64,000 nucleotides of DNA from positions 3,278,610 through 3,342,609 of the forward strand of contig JASCQW010000032.1 in assembly GCA_030264375.1 (NCBI GenBank), given 5' to 3'. Origin of the DNA: Carcharhinus longimanus (taxonomy: Eukaryota). The notes beneath the pieces are model-generated. The model searched no databases. It was given only the letters and a program-made list of their open reading frames with translations, and was not told the origin of the DNA. The translations under genes were made by a program, and so were the position numbers. Below, piece by piece: positions 37,960 through 50,900 of the stretch; the stretch's first letter is position 1, and every line of letters starts with the position of its first letter.

Positions 37960-39630
37960 AGAATGCATAGCAAACTGGCTACCAAACAGAGTAAAAGTAG
38001 TTAAATAGACAGGCAAAAGTTAGAAAGTGGTGTTCAGAAGGATTGGTTGTGGTGCCAAGTTGTTCACTTTTTTTGCGTAAACAACTTGGACCCTAATCAA
38101 ATACACAGTTTGGAATGTTGTGCATTACTGTACACCTAATAAGGACCATTGTTTTACTGCGAAAAAATGCAGAAAAACCTGAATAAATAAATGTAAACAG
38201 TGGGTATGCAAAATGAACTTCGGTAGAGATGAAGTTGGTAGGCAGAATAAGAACATCACATACCCCTTGGTCTAGAGTTAGAGGCAGAGGGATCTGTGGG
38301 TGCAATTACACAAATCACTTAAATTAGTGAGCCGGGTTAAAAAGGACATAGTAAGGCAAACTGAGCACCCGGGTTCATTTCTAGAGGAACGGAATATAAA
38401 GCTGATAAGTTACGTTCACCTTGCTGGTTAGACCGCACTTGGAGTACTTCGAGCAGTTCTGATATCTGTTTTACGACAAGGAGAAGATGTAAAATAGATT
38501 AACGAGTATGATGCTTTGAGGTGATACCCGTCAGAAAAGATTGAACAACCTGGCATCCTTTCGTGTGGAAAAGGGAAGACTGAGGAGTGACCTTTTTATT
38601 TTGGTCATCGATGGGTTCTGGATATTGTTGACAAAGAACAGCCTCCCTAAAGCCCTCAAGAAGGTGCTGGTGAGCTGCCGCCTTGAACTGCTGCAATCCA
38701 GGTGGCGCACTGAGATCTGGAGCCAAATTATTCCAGCTGGGCATCACTGGGCAAATGATAGGCGAGTAAGTGCCATTTATTGGCAGTGCTGATGGTACCT
38801 TCTGCCACTTTGCTGATGGTTGAGAGTGGACTGATGGAACAGTGATTGGTCAGATTGGAGTTGCCCTGCCTTTATGGGCAGAACTTATTGGGCAATTTCC
38901 CACTTCGTCAAGGGGATGTAACGGAATTGGAACAAGTTGGCTGGGGACGCAACTAGTTCTGATCAAACCTTTTTATTATGAAAGGGTTGATAAGTCAAGG
39001 ACTTGGGGAAGAGGAATAGGATAGAAATGCACTTTTTCCATTAGTAGAGGGGCCAATAACCACAGGGCATAGATTTAAGGTAAGAAAGGAATTTGAGGCT
39101 AAAAGGGGAGTTAAGGAGAAACTTTTTCACCGAGTGTGGTGTCTGTGGCTAAGGCAGAAACTTATAATATTTAAGAGGTATTTAGATAATCACTTGCGCT
39201 GCCGTAACTTCCAGGACTGTGGGCCAAGCGCTTGAAAATGGGATTAGCATAGTCAGATCTTCGTTGACCAGTGTGGACCTGAGAGGCCAAATGGTCTCCT
39301 TCTGTGCTATAAAAGTCTGTGAATTGAGGAGGATATTTCCAGTTTGGTCGGAGACCAGAACTAAATCATAAACATAAAAGGGCTACTATAATAACCCAAT
39401 AAGGAATTCAAGAGAAACCGTTATATCCCAGAGAGTGTTTAGCATGTGAAATCCATTATCCAAGGAGTAACTGAGGCAACAAGAATAGATTCATTTCAAA
39501 GGAAGCTGAGGGAGAAAGTAATGGACGGGCTGTTGAGGGGGTTGGATGAGGAAGGGTGAGAAGAGCTCACGTGGAGCATAAACAATGGATTGGATTTGTA
39601 GGATCAAATGACCTGTTTCTGTGCTGCCAA
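37960..39630 (+). mobile_element. Cluster of decayed CR1 LINE fragments
   Basis: LVRPHLEY motif (ctggttagaccgcacttggagtac), LEKGRLRSDL-like stretch and repeated CR1 tails. Confidence 0.7.
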
Positions 39631-39807
39631 TGCTGTTTTGATTTGTTTTGATAAAATGTTATCTGGACTCGAAATGTCAGCTCCTTTCTCTCCTTACAGA
39701 TGCTGCCAAATCTGCTGAGATTTTCCTGCGTTTTCTCTTTTGGTTTCAGATTTCAGCATCCACAGTAATTTGCTTTTATGATGTGCCCAGCTTTGATTTA
39801 AACCATT

Positions 39808-40120
39808 GTGGCATGGTGGCACAGTAGTTGGCACTGCTGCCTACAGCATCAGGGTCCCGGGTTCGATTCCAGCTTTTGGTGATTGTCTGTGTGGAGGTTG
39901 CACGTTCTCCCCGTATCTGTGTGGGTTTCTTCCGGGTGCTCCGGTTTCCTCCCATGCTCCAAAGGTGTGCAGGTTAGGTGGATTGTCCATGGTCAATTGC
40001 CTCTTAGTGTCCGAGGGACTAGGGTAAATACATGGGGAAAGGGCCTGGGTGGGATTATTGTTGGTGCAGGCTCGATGAACCGAATGATCTCCTCCTGCAC
40101 TGTAGAGATTTTATGATTCT
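39808..40120 (+). mobile_element. HE1/V-SINE
   Basis: Full-length copy. Confidence 0.85.
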
Positions 40121-40524
40121 ATTCTCATGTTTAGTTCCCGTTATATTCTTTGTTGTTCAGTTTTACTATCCCAATATGAAGTTGTACGTTTATGGAAAAT
40201 ATTTCACAATTACCTCTGACAATTTGTGTACGCTATGCACGCATCAGTGTTGTTTTTAATGTGTTTTCAATCTTTAATTGCATTTACTTTCAATGGTTAT
40301 GTTCACAGCATATGGTTATAGTTATGATCAAAGAGCAGAATATCTTCTATGACTCAGTGAGCACAAGCGATGAAGCCTCTATCCGGAGATGGTTAATCAT
40401 AATAAAAGATTATTACTTTTGTAAATATGAATGTACCCAAAGTTAAATGGCACCCACTTGGCAAACTGATACAATGTGTGTTTGCTATCAGAACTTCAAA
40501 TTTATTAGAACGTTTGTTTTACAG

Positions 40525-40598
40525 ATTACATCAGTGCCTGGAACACATCCACTTCTTGTGTTTGTGAATCCCAAAAGTGGTGGAAGGCAAGGGGAAAG
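40525..40598 (+). CDS. DGKG: DGK exon, start of the catalytic domain ([25 protein letters not shown])
   Basis: tttacag acceptor, AG|gtaagt donor, 74 nt, phase 0-2. Contains the DAGKc motif [12 protein letters not shown]. Confidence 0.95.
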
Positions 40599-43109
40599 GT
40601 AAGTGAGAACAATATCAGATCAGAAGAGGCCCTGATGAAACATTATTTGTTTGCGGTTCATAAGATCTGGAAACTCCAGTGAAGTTACATAAAGGAAAAT
40701 CTCCTGACAGAAGAAAACTGCCTATCTCCGTGGAGAAATTTCCTCCATCCACTTGCAAAATGCTGCTTTTGAAATTAATACACAGTTGAATGATCATCTG
40801 ATCTTCTACTTTTGATTCATATTAAACACAAGAGATTGCAAAACAGAAGAAATAAATGACTTAACCTTTACAACAACTTTGTAAGTGTGCAGTGTTATTC
40901 GAGGCAGTATTTCAACTTAGCTACAGGAAGCTGTCTCAAAATGATTTTTGATGAATACATAATGGTGCATGTTTTGCACCAAGAATAATGGTGAGGTTGT
41001 CAATATTAATCATGATCACCGAGAAAATTTTAAAAACTTTCAGCAACCAGACATGTAAATTAAACATGGAAGTCAAGTAGCTGCTGCCTTGTGTTACCTT
41101 GCTACTCCAGAAACTTCACAATAACTGTCTCAGCCTTGAAAGAACGGAGTTGAGGAGGAACTTCTTCACTCAAAGGGTGGTGAATCTCTGGAATTCTCTG
41201 CCCGTTGAAGTGGTNNNNNNNNNNNNNNNNNNNNNNNNNNNNNNNNNNNNNNNNNNNNNNNNNNNNNNNNNNNNNNNNNNNNNNNNNNNNNNNNNNNNNN
41301 NNNNNNNNNNNNNNNNNNNNNNNNNNNNNNNNNNNNNNNNNNNNNNNNNNNNNNNNNNNNNNNNNNNNNNNNNNNNNNNNNNNNNNNNNNNNNNNNNNNN
41401 NNNNNNNNNNNNNNNNNNNNNNNNNNNNNNNNNNNNNNNNNNNNNNNNNNNNNNNNNNNNNNNNNNNNNNNNNNNNNNNNNNNNNNNNNNNNNNNNNNNN
41501 NNNNNNNNNNNNNNNNNNNNNNNNNNNNNNNNNNNNNNNNNNNNNNNNNNNNNNNNNNNNNNNNNNNNNNNNNNNNNNNNNNNNNNNNNNNNNNNNNNNN
41601 NNNNNNNNNNNNNNNNNNNNNNNNNNNNNNNNNNNNNNNNNNNNNNNNNNNNNNNNNNNNNNNNNNNNNNNNNNNNNNNNNNNNNNNNNNNNNNNNNNNN
41701 NNNNNNNNNNNNNNNNNNNNNNNNNNNNNNNNNNNNNNNNNNNNNNNNNNNNNNNNNNNNNNNNNNNNNNNNNNNNNNNNNNNNNNNNNNNNNNNNNNNN
41801 NNNNNNNNNNNNNNNNNNNNNNNNNNNNNNNNNNNNNNNNNNNNNNNNNNNNNNNNNNNNNNNNNNNNNNNNNNNNNNNNNNNNNNNNNNNNNNNNNNNN
41901 NNNNNNNNNNNNNNNNNNNNNNNNNNNNNNNNNNNNNNNNNNNNNNNNNNNNNNNNNNNNNNNNNNNNNNNNNNNNNNNNNNNNNNNNNNNNNNNNNNNN
42001 NNNNNNNNNNNNNNNNNNNNNNNNNNNNNNNNNNNNNNNNNNNNNNNNNNNNNNNNNNNNNNNNNNNNNNNNNNNNNNNNNNNNNNNNNNNNNNNNNNNN
42101 NNNNNNNNNNNNNNNNNNNNNNNNNNNNNNNNNNNCCCAGTGTTGTGTGCTGATGAGAATAAAATTAGGAACATGGGGAGTATCAGTGTATGGCTTGAGG
42201 TGTAAGAGGGAGGACTTCTGCTTTGGGGACATTAGAACATTTTTTGGACAATAAGGCACCCAGTCAAAAGGAAGAGCTGCATCTCGGATGGACTGGAATC
42301 AATGTCTTCATGGGGTGGTTCACCTCTGTGGTTGGAGAGGGAATTGAACTAAATTACAGGGGACTGGACACCTGCTTATAGAGTGGAACAGAGGAATAAT
42401 ATCCATTAATGAGTTCAATAGTACCAGGTACATAATACCCTCATTAGATAAGAGCAGACTAAGAAAATCTGGGAGGAGTACAAATACAGGCTTACATTGC
42501 ATGGGTACAATTTAATACTTAGGTTGGAGGTGGTGAGTGAGGTGGAACATTTAATCAGAAGGGAGTGTGCAGGATGGGGATCTAATAGAGACCTCAATTC
42601 AATCTGGGACGCGAAGGTACCCTGCTGTCAATTGATGTTTTCAAGTGGGAAATTAATGGCCATTCACTCCTTATTCCACCATCACTGATATTCAGCCAGT
42701 CTCTGTTAGGACAATCAGCGTGCAGGGAGCCTGAAAAGCAAACCCTTCCGGCATTATCCTGGGGGGTGCACGACAGGGAGCAGAAGGAGGAGGAGGCGGA
42801 GAGGAGAGTTTCTCTCTATTAGGTGTTCAGTGCTTGACGAGTTTTCCTTGTATCAGGAAGCACGTCCCGCCTTCACTCATCTGTGACCCTGGTCACAACA
42901 ATCCTGGACCTCTGTGGGTCCATGGTCCCCTGATGGCCTCTGACGAGCCGGCAGCTTTCAGAAGGTGCTGGATTTCAGTCCCCGCGGTGCTGATCGCCTG
43001 CTGCTGGCTACTCACGTGCCTGAAACGCAGTTAATTCAATGGGCCTTCACCAAAGGAGTGGGTGCAAGACTCCCCCCAGCTCTCCAGCCAGAAACCCCCA
43101 TCTCGTCCG

Positions 43110-44700
43110 TTAAATACCATCCCTTGTACATAAACCAAAGTGTGGTGAACAAGGATGACGAGGTACAAGCACAAATAAAAGTGTGAGAATATGATATTGT
43201 GGCAATAACGGAGAAATGGCTTAAAATCTGATTACTGGGCACTTAATATTCAAAGATATAAAGTGTACACAAAAGATAGAAGAGGAAAAAGAGGATGTGG
43301 AATGACACTAATTAGGGAAAACATTGTACTGTTGGAAAGAGAGGATGTTCTTGAGGGGATTATACGAAAATCATTTGGTTTAAGTTGAGGAACAAAACGG
43401 GATGATCATGCTATTGGAGATAAAGGCCTCTAACTAGTGAGAGGTGGAGCAACTAAGCTGGAAAATTTGGGGTATGCAAGAACTATAGAATAGTGATATT
43501 AGGACTTTAATTACCTAAATATCAAGTTGGATGATGTTAGATTAAATGGGTAAGGGAGATAGTGTTGTGCAAAGCGTTATGTTCCTGCCTCTGAGCCAGA
43601 AGCTCTGGGTTCAAGTCCCACTCCAGCATTTGGTGAAAGAAGATGTCAGACCGGTGGAGTGTCACCTTCTAAATCCTTCCAACACAAGCCAATGGCAGGC
43701 GGTTAGAGTGAGGAGATTCCTGGTCAACCATGTGCTGGAAAGAAAATTGGAGCCTCTACTATCACTGTCCATAGCTCCAGGCTACAACATGCACGCAAAA
43801 AATGTATGTTACTGCAGCAACCCAGACGCTTTGTAATTGGCAGGGGGGTGGTGGGGGGATGGTGCGCAGACTTAGAGGGATGGGTGGACATTGTGGGTCA
43901 ATCCCGAATTTTGCCAGAGGTAGGCCTGGGACCTGCCTCCTTGTCCTACCTGTGCTGGAGATTGTGGCACTGTGAATCAAACCTGCCTTCAGGCAGAAAG
44001 CTGAAGAAGATGATTAAATGTAAAGTGGGGGGTGGAATTTCTGAGATGTATTGAGGAAAATATCTTTGATAAATGTGTTCCTGGTCCATCTAGGAAAGAG
44101 GAATTGCTGGATACAGTGCTGGGGAAATGAGATGGATGAAATGTCTATGTGAGAGCACTCGTGTAAGATTTGTATCAGAAGACTTTGATTAATGGAGACG
44201 AGAAATAAACCAAAATAGGGCTTTTAATTGGAAGAGGGTTAATTTCAATGGGATGAGGGAGAATCTAGCCAGGGAAAAACAGAACCAAAATTCAACATGA
44301 AAATCTGTAACAGAAAAATGACCAACGCAGGTGTGATGAGCTGAAGGGCCTTTCTCTGTGCTGTATACCTCTATGACTAAACAGGTTTGCAGGGCAATGT
44401 GATAGAAGTGTACAAGGTTATGACAGCGCTAGAGAAGGTGGTCAGTGGAAAGCTGTTCTCATTAGCTGACTAGGGGACACAGATCTAAAACTTTGGCAAG
44501 AGATGCAGTAAGGAAATGAAGAATTTTTTTACTGCAGTGAGTGGTTATGACCTAGAAATTCCTTTAAAATTAGTGATTTCAATAGGCAAAGAAAAACTTG
44601 AAGGGCATTGGGGATCAACTGGGAAAATGTGACTGACTGGGTTGCTTTACAGAGAGCTGGCGTGGATTTGATGGGTCAGTGGCCTCCTCCTGTGCCATTA
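43110..44700 (+). mobile_element. Decayed CR1 endonuclease and RT fragments with nested SINE/MITE
   Basis: YDIVAITEKWL...IQRYKVYTKDR and GDFNY-like endonuclease motifs, plus CR1 tails at about 44340-44380 and 44670-44700. Confidence 0.7.
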
Positions 44701-44729
44701 TGGCTCTGACATTGACGGCTGAGCCTTCA

Positions 44730-45345
44730 TGGGCTGCAAGCCCGACCTTATCGACACCTGCCCCCTTTACCACCATGTTCACCCATCCGGAATCAACGCG
44801 AATCAGACATGCTCTACAGAAGTCCCATTCAGGCACTCCAGTTAGTGAAGAGGGAGGTGCAGAGTACCCAACAGCTCTCTGCCTGAGATCAGTGGGGAGG
44901 AAGTGGGGGTCCGCTACCACTCTGCCTGAGGTCAGTGGGGAGGAAGTGGGGGTCCGCTGCCACTCTGCCTGAGGTCAGTGGGGAGGAAGTGGGGGTCCGC
45001 TGCTACTCTGTCTGAGGTCAGTGGGGAGGAAGNNNNNNNNNNNNNNNNNNNNNNNNNNNNNNNNNNNNNNNNNNNNNNNNNNNNNNNNNNNNNNNNNNNN
45101 NNNNNNNNNNNNNNNNNNNNNNNNNNNNNNNNTCCTCACTGATCCCAGGCAGAGTGGCAGCGGACCCTCACTTCCTTCCCACTGATCTCAGGCAGAGAGC
45201 TGTTGGGTACTCTGCACCCCCCCTCCTCACTAACTGGAGCACCTGAATGGGACTTTTGTAGAGCATGCCTGATTCGCGTTGATTCCGGATGGGTGAACGT
45301 GGTGGTAAAGGGGTAAGTGTTGATAAGGTTGGATGTGCAGCCCAT
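44730..45345. repeat. Long inverted repeat (~215-bp arms) enclosing a 43-bp minisatellite; fold-back/MITE-like element
   Basis: 44730-44940 is the imperfect reverse complement of 45133-45345. The unit gcctgaggtcagtggggaggaagtgggggtccgctgccactct starts at 44881, 44924, 44967 and 45010. Confidence 0.85.
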
Positions 45346-45898
45346 TAAGTCAATGTAAATGCATGCAAATATATTTAAATGGCCATTGCACCTGTTTCAG
45401 TCGCAGTCCCGATTGCGGCCTTTGGTAAAGGGGAAACGGTGCGGTAGTGTACACGGATCGTGCTACTCTCCTCACGCCCAACTTTACTAAGTTTCTGTGA
45501 TTGAAAACATGTGCAACTTGACAGTAAAATCGGATTCTTCAAGTCCAACACTGACTCAAAGGCTGGAATTCTCCCATCCCATCCGCCACTGGAATTTTAA
45601 CGGGCAGGGTTGGCAGACTGTGTAAAGGTCCATTGAGGTTGGGCAGGAACCTCCGGTTTTCAGGCGAGCATCGCTGGAGAATTCTATCCAAAGTGTTTCT
45701 CGCTCCACAGAAGCTGCCAGACCTGTTGAGTTTTACCAGCATTTTCTGCCTTTATTTCAGATTTCCAGCGTCTGCCTTTATTTAACATTTGGCGTTGTAC
45801 CTGGGATGAAACGTATAGATTGCAGTACAGCTTGATTGCGAAATGCTTTGTCTTTTGAAAATTAAGAATAATTTCTGTAAAACCTTTTTTTTTGATAG

Positions 45899-45973
45899 AG
45901 TTCTCCGAAAATTTCAGTACCTCCTCAACCCACGACAGATTTATAATCTTGACAGGGGTGGACCTGTGCCAGG
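45899..45973 (+). CDS. DGKG: DGK catalytic-domain exon ([26 protein letters not shown])
   Basis: T tract and gatag acceptor, GG|gtaagt donor, 75 nt, phase 2-2. Contains the LLNPRQ motif. Confidence 0.95.
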
Positions 45974-46254
45974 GTAAGTGTGTTACACAATAATATTTTA
46001 AACAATGGATAATATTTGTGTTTTAATATATTTGTGTTGTGTTTTCTTTTATTCATGGGGGGAAACTACTAAGGAGATGTTCAGACCAAAAGCACAATTG
46101 AAACTGTTGATCTGCTTCGGGTCAGCCAAGCCCCCTAGGTTCCCCTAGGGGGCTGTTCCCCTAGGTTATATGTCTTGGTATTGTCTAGTTTAATGTTTGG
46201 TATATGGAAGTTATATATTCACGGGGTATTGACAGAATGCAGAAGCTGAGCAGC

Positions 46255-46545
46255 CCCCGCACATCCCACCTTCTTCCTTCAGGAAAAAGATACAAAAGTC
46301 TGAGGTCACGTACCAACCAACACAAAAACAGCTTCTTCCCTGCTGCCATCAGGCTTTTGAATGGACTTACCTTGTATTAAGTTGATCTTCCTCAACACCC
46401 TAGCTATGACTGTATCGCTACACTCTGCATTCTCTCGTTTCCTTCTCTATGAATGGTATGTTTTGTCCGTCTGGCGGGCAAGAATAAATACTCTTCACTG
46501 TGTGCTAACACGTGTGAAAATAATAAATCAAATCAAATCTTATTA
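46255..46545 (+). mobile_element. Rex1/Babar-like LINE 3' end
   Basis: LLPSGKRYKSLRSRTN.HKNSFFPAAIRLLN followed by an aataaatcaaatcaaatc tail. Confidence 0.75.
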
Positions 46546-47176
46546 TTGAAATGATAGATGTTAACACTTTTGTGAGTTTGTCTAATGTTAAACTTAGAGG
46601 TGCGAGTATATTTACTGTTGGATTGGTGAGAATCAGGTAAACAATCTGGTGTGGCATTAAGGTGAAAGCAGAAGAAATGACATTGGTAACACTTTGCTAT
46701 CACAGATAAATAGTTTGTTCATAGTTCAGCATATTTTCCTGATTTCCATGTTCATGATTTAACAACCATGTTACAATGTTTAATTAACCATAACCAAAAC
46801 AATGGGATATTAAAACCAGTTGGACTTCAACAGCAATAATTTGACATTCGGGTTACATTGGAATCACCATAGCAGCAAAAAAAAATTAAAATATTATCAT
46901 TTAATAACAGAGCATCCAATCCCCTCATGTTTAGTATTCAATTTCTTTTTTAAATCTGGTCATCATCCTAGTACCTCTATTTGAAAATAAAGAATGCAAG
47001 ATTTTAATATATCCATTTTGTCAGATATACCTATCACACATTTTGTTTCCCAATATAAAAATTGTGGAGCAAATTACAATTGAGCAAAGCTGTGAGATTT
47101 GACGTTGGTCCATTTATAGCAATATTTTGTTACAGATCTGAGTTTTTTAAAAAAAGCATTAGAAACACTCAGCAAG

Positions 47177-48235
47177 TTGGGGGCGTCACAGTGGCACTGC
47201 CTCACAGCGCCAGGGAGCCGGGTTCAATTCTGGCCTTGGATGAGTATCTTTGTGGAGTTTGCACCTTCTCCCATGTCTATATGGGTGTCCTCTGGAGGAC
47301 ATAGTAGACATGATGTGGAGATGCCGGCATTGGACTGGGGTAAACACAGTAAGAAGTCTGACAATGCCAGGTTTAAGTCCAACCANNNNNNNNNNNNNNN
47401 NNNNNNNNNNNNNNNNNNNNNNNNNNNNNNNNNNNNNNNNNNNNNNNNNNNNNNNNNNNNNNNNNNNNNNNNNNNNNNNNNNNNNGCCCCGCCATTCAAT
47501 AAGATCATGGCTGATCTGTCATGGCTCAGTTCCACTTTCCGGCCCTCTCCCCATAACCCTGACCACCTAAAGACATTCCACTATCTTTTCTGTAATCAAT
47601 TTTTATTTTAGTCTATAGAATCTTATCCAGCATTCATAATTTAAAGCTCTTTGGTAATGCCATGGAGAAATATTAACAACTTTCAAAATTTCCAATGTGA
47701 CAAACATGTCAGGATCTCAAAAGAATAAAAAGGACTTGAACAGATCCTTCATCTTAAGTACCATCACCTAATTGACGATGAAGGCTTTGCTCAGAAATTG
47801 AACTGATAATCCCAGTTTGCTCTTGAGAAATAATGTGTTGCCTCAGTGATTTCTGAGTGATATTATTACAATGATGTGGAGATGCCGGCGTTGGACTGGG
47901 GTAAACACAGTAAGAAGTCTGACAATGCCAGGTTTAAGTCCAACCAATTGATTTGATAGTAAACTCACTAGCTTTTGAGGTTTACCTCTTCGTCAGGTGA
48001 GGTCAGGCACCTGGAGGCAACAGCCCAAAGGTGTGCAGGTTAGGTGGATAGGCCATGCTAAATTGCCTCTTGTTGTCCCAAGGTGTAGGTTAGATGGATT
48101 AGCCATAGGAGATGCGTGCGGTTACAGGGATAGGACGGGAGAGAAGGCCTGGGTAAGATGCTCTTTCCGAGAGTCGGTGCAGACTCGCTGAGCTGAATGG
48201 CCTCTTCTGCACTGTAGGGTTTGTATGGTTCTAAG
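47177..48235 (+). mobile_element. HE1/V-SINE split by pLTR-type and other inserted sequence
   Basis: The SINE head at 47177-47297 resumes at about 48025 (caaaggtgtgcaggttagg). ctggagg occurs at both junctions. Confidence 0.6.
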
Positions 48236-49814
48236 GTCGAGCAGCAACTATGGAGAATGAAGTTAATGGCCGGATTTTTATGCCTCCGACCATTTCAGAA
48301 TTGAGGCAAAAGAGAAAAGAGATGGAGGACGGGACTCAAAACCCTATTCCAATGTGTGGAATTTTAATGGTACCAGGATAAGAGTGTGCGTACCAAGCCC
48401 ATACTCAACAATCCTGCCCCTGCCCACTCAAATGTGGAGATGGCCATTTTAGATATCCCTATTTTCATGGAGTCAGGCCTGTTTTATCAGGAGATGTGAT
48501 TTGCAGAGCATCAGAGGGTCACAAACCACTGGGAATCACCAGTCCCAAGAGGGGAATCAAAATAATTCACTTTTTCTAGAATTCTTTCATTGACAGGCTT
48601 TGAAATACAGAACAATGTTCTTTCAGTTTCTGGGGTTAGATGTTTAATAGTTGTGGTTTACTGCAATAATTAATTATAGGGTTCTGACCCACAAAGGCAA
48701 GTAAACTATAATGTTGACCACCATTGTGTAAGTGTTAACATTCATTACAGTAAATTTCCCAATGGATAAATCAGAATGCATTCTAGACTGTAGAAAAATA
48801 TACTTGGAAACTCACCCCGTATTTTGGACAGCCTTTTAAATGTCCAACAATTGATAGCTTTGAAAAAAATGACCCTGCTCCTGAAAGTTTTTAAAACAAA
48901 TTTAAGCACTTGAGACACCACATCAATTCACAGGCAATTTGCTTTGAAATGGAAATTAAACAGCAGTTGCAGATTTTAAGTGAAAGGCTAACTGATTTCA
49001 ATGATTTCCACTGTGGATGTTTTGTTAGCATTTGTTCTGATAGCTATGAATGCTTGGCTGAATTTTACAAGTTAAGATTGACTCCTTTAAGAAGTTATTA
49101 AAGGATTATCTGTCTTTGGTATTGAAAGTGGATGTGTTTGTTTTTATAATGGATTAATCACTTGATGGAATTTACATTTTTTTCCAGAGGGTTTGATGGG
49201 TGAGAAGATTTTTTTTCAGAATGAAGTATCTTTGAATATGGCAGCTCTATTAGATTGTTAGCAGTTTATTTTTTTTTTAATGNNNNNNNNNNNNNNNNNN
49301 NNNNNNNNNNNNNNNNNNNNNNNNNNNNNNNNNNNNNNNNNNNNNNNNNNNNNNNNNNNNNNNNNNNNNNNNNNNNNNNNNNATATCCTGAGGACTAAAA
49401 TTGTAGATACTGGGTGAGTGGTTATGGAGGATACATGGGGGATAGAAGATGGAGGGGGGAACCATGGGGGTTGCATGGGGTATTCAGGATATGGGGATGT
49501 CACAGGGCGCATAATGATGCATGAAGAGTGGATGGGAGTGCAGAGGGAAAGAGTTTGAGGACCTTATGTCCCAGTCAACAGAAGCAGACATTCCAGCCTG
49601 CCTGTGTGACCATCCACTCACCTCTTACCATCTAGGACCCACCATGGAGGCAGCAGGCCCTAATCCAACCCACACCATCTCCCCAGATCAAAAAACAGCA
49701 GGCAGAGGCCTGTTTAAAGGAGATGGGTCAGTCAGCTCAGGCAAGTTCCTGACCCTCCTCCTCCAAAATACAGCCCAATGCCGGCTTTGTACGCCTTGGA
49801 GTTCAGGGGAGTGA

Positions 49815-50900
49815 GTCATTATGATTAAAACATGTAAGATCCTTAGCGTGTTAGACAGGAATTTGTGAGGGTGTTTCCACTCATGGGAGAGTGGAGGACC
49901 AGAGGGCATAGTCACAGAATAAGACGGATTTGAGGAAGATTTTTTTTCTCTCAAGAAGCGATGACTCTTTGGAATTCTTTACCCCAGGAAGCTACGAAGG
50001 CCAAGTCCTTGAACATTTTCAAGACTGAGATTGATAGGTTTTTAATCAGTAGGGAAATTAAGGGTTACAGAGAGAAGGCAGGAAAGTGAACTCAGTGGAT
50101 ATCAGATTTGCCATAATCCTATTACATGGAGCAGACCCAAAGGCCTGAATGGCCTACACCTGCTCCTATTTCTTGTAGTCTTCTGGTTTGAGTTGATAAT
50201 CTTTCCAGCACAGGCACAGTGGGCCAAATGGCTGCCTGCTGTACTATTTCATGCTACGAATCTTGGAATATTTCAGCTGCATTGTTATGTTTTGGTTGTA
50301 CTCTTGTTTCCATGGTTGTTTACCATGTAAATTTAACATAAATATCAGAATGTACTGTAACCAAATCTCACTGAATTACTTGTATGGTGTCCACTGAGGT
50401 GTGATATCAGGAAGCAATGTTTTTGCACAATGGGTAATGAAAATCTAGAATTTGATTCCTCCAAAGTGCTGTTAAGACAAGGTCATTAGATTAATAGTTT
50501 TTTGGGGTGTGAGACTGTTAAGGATTAGGGAATCAAAGCAGGTAGGTGACATTAAGTTGTAGATCAAATTCATAAATCCCATCAATATCCATTCCTTTCA
50601 GGAACAAAATCTCCAGTGGACAAGTAATACAGCCATGGCTAGTGAGGGGCTTAAGGATAATATTGGATTGAAAGAAGCTTACAATGTTGCCAAAAGTAAT
50701 ATATCCCTGAAGACTGATAAAGGTTAACAAATAGCAAAGAATGACCAAGAAATTGATTGAGAAGGAGCAAATAGAATGAGAGTAAACTAACAAAAACATT
50801 GAAACAGATAATCTGAGAGTTTTTGCGAATAAAAATGAAGATATGTGAAAATAAACATGAATACCATATATGGGGAATCAGAAAATGGCAGCGACTTCAA
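49815..50900 (+). mobile_element. Decayed CR1 fragments
   Basis: LWNSLPQEA..AKSLNIFKTEIDRFL followed by a CR1 3' UTR. Confidence 0.7.

Noticed and set aside
41099-42259. Long 330-385 aa ORFs (also 29600-30385 and 7550-7987)
   Set aside because: They consist almost entirely of N-gap translation (X) and are not real coding sequence.
44881-45032. Regularly spaced repeats resembling a CRISPR array
   Set aside because: The 43-bp units are contiguous with no unique spacers, there are no cas genes, and the context is vertebrate. This is a minisatellite.
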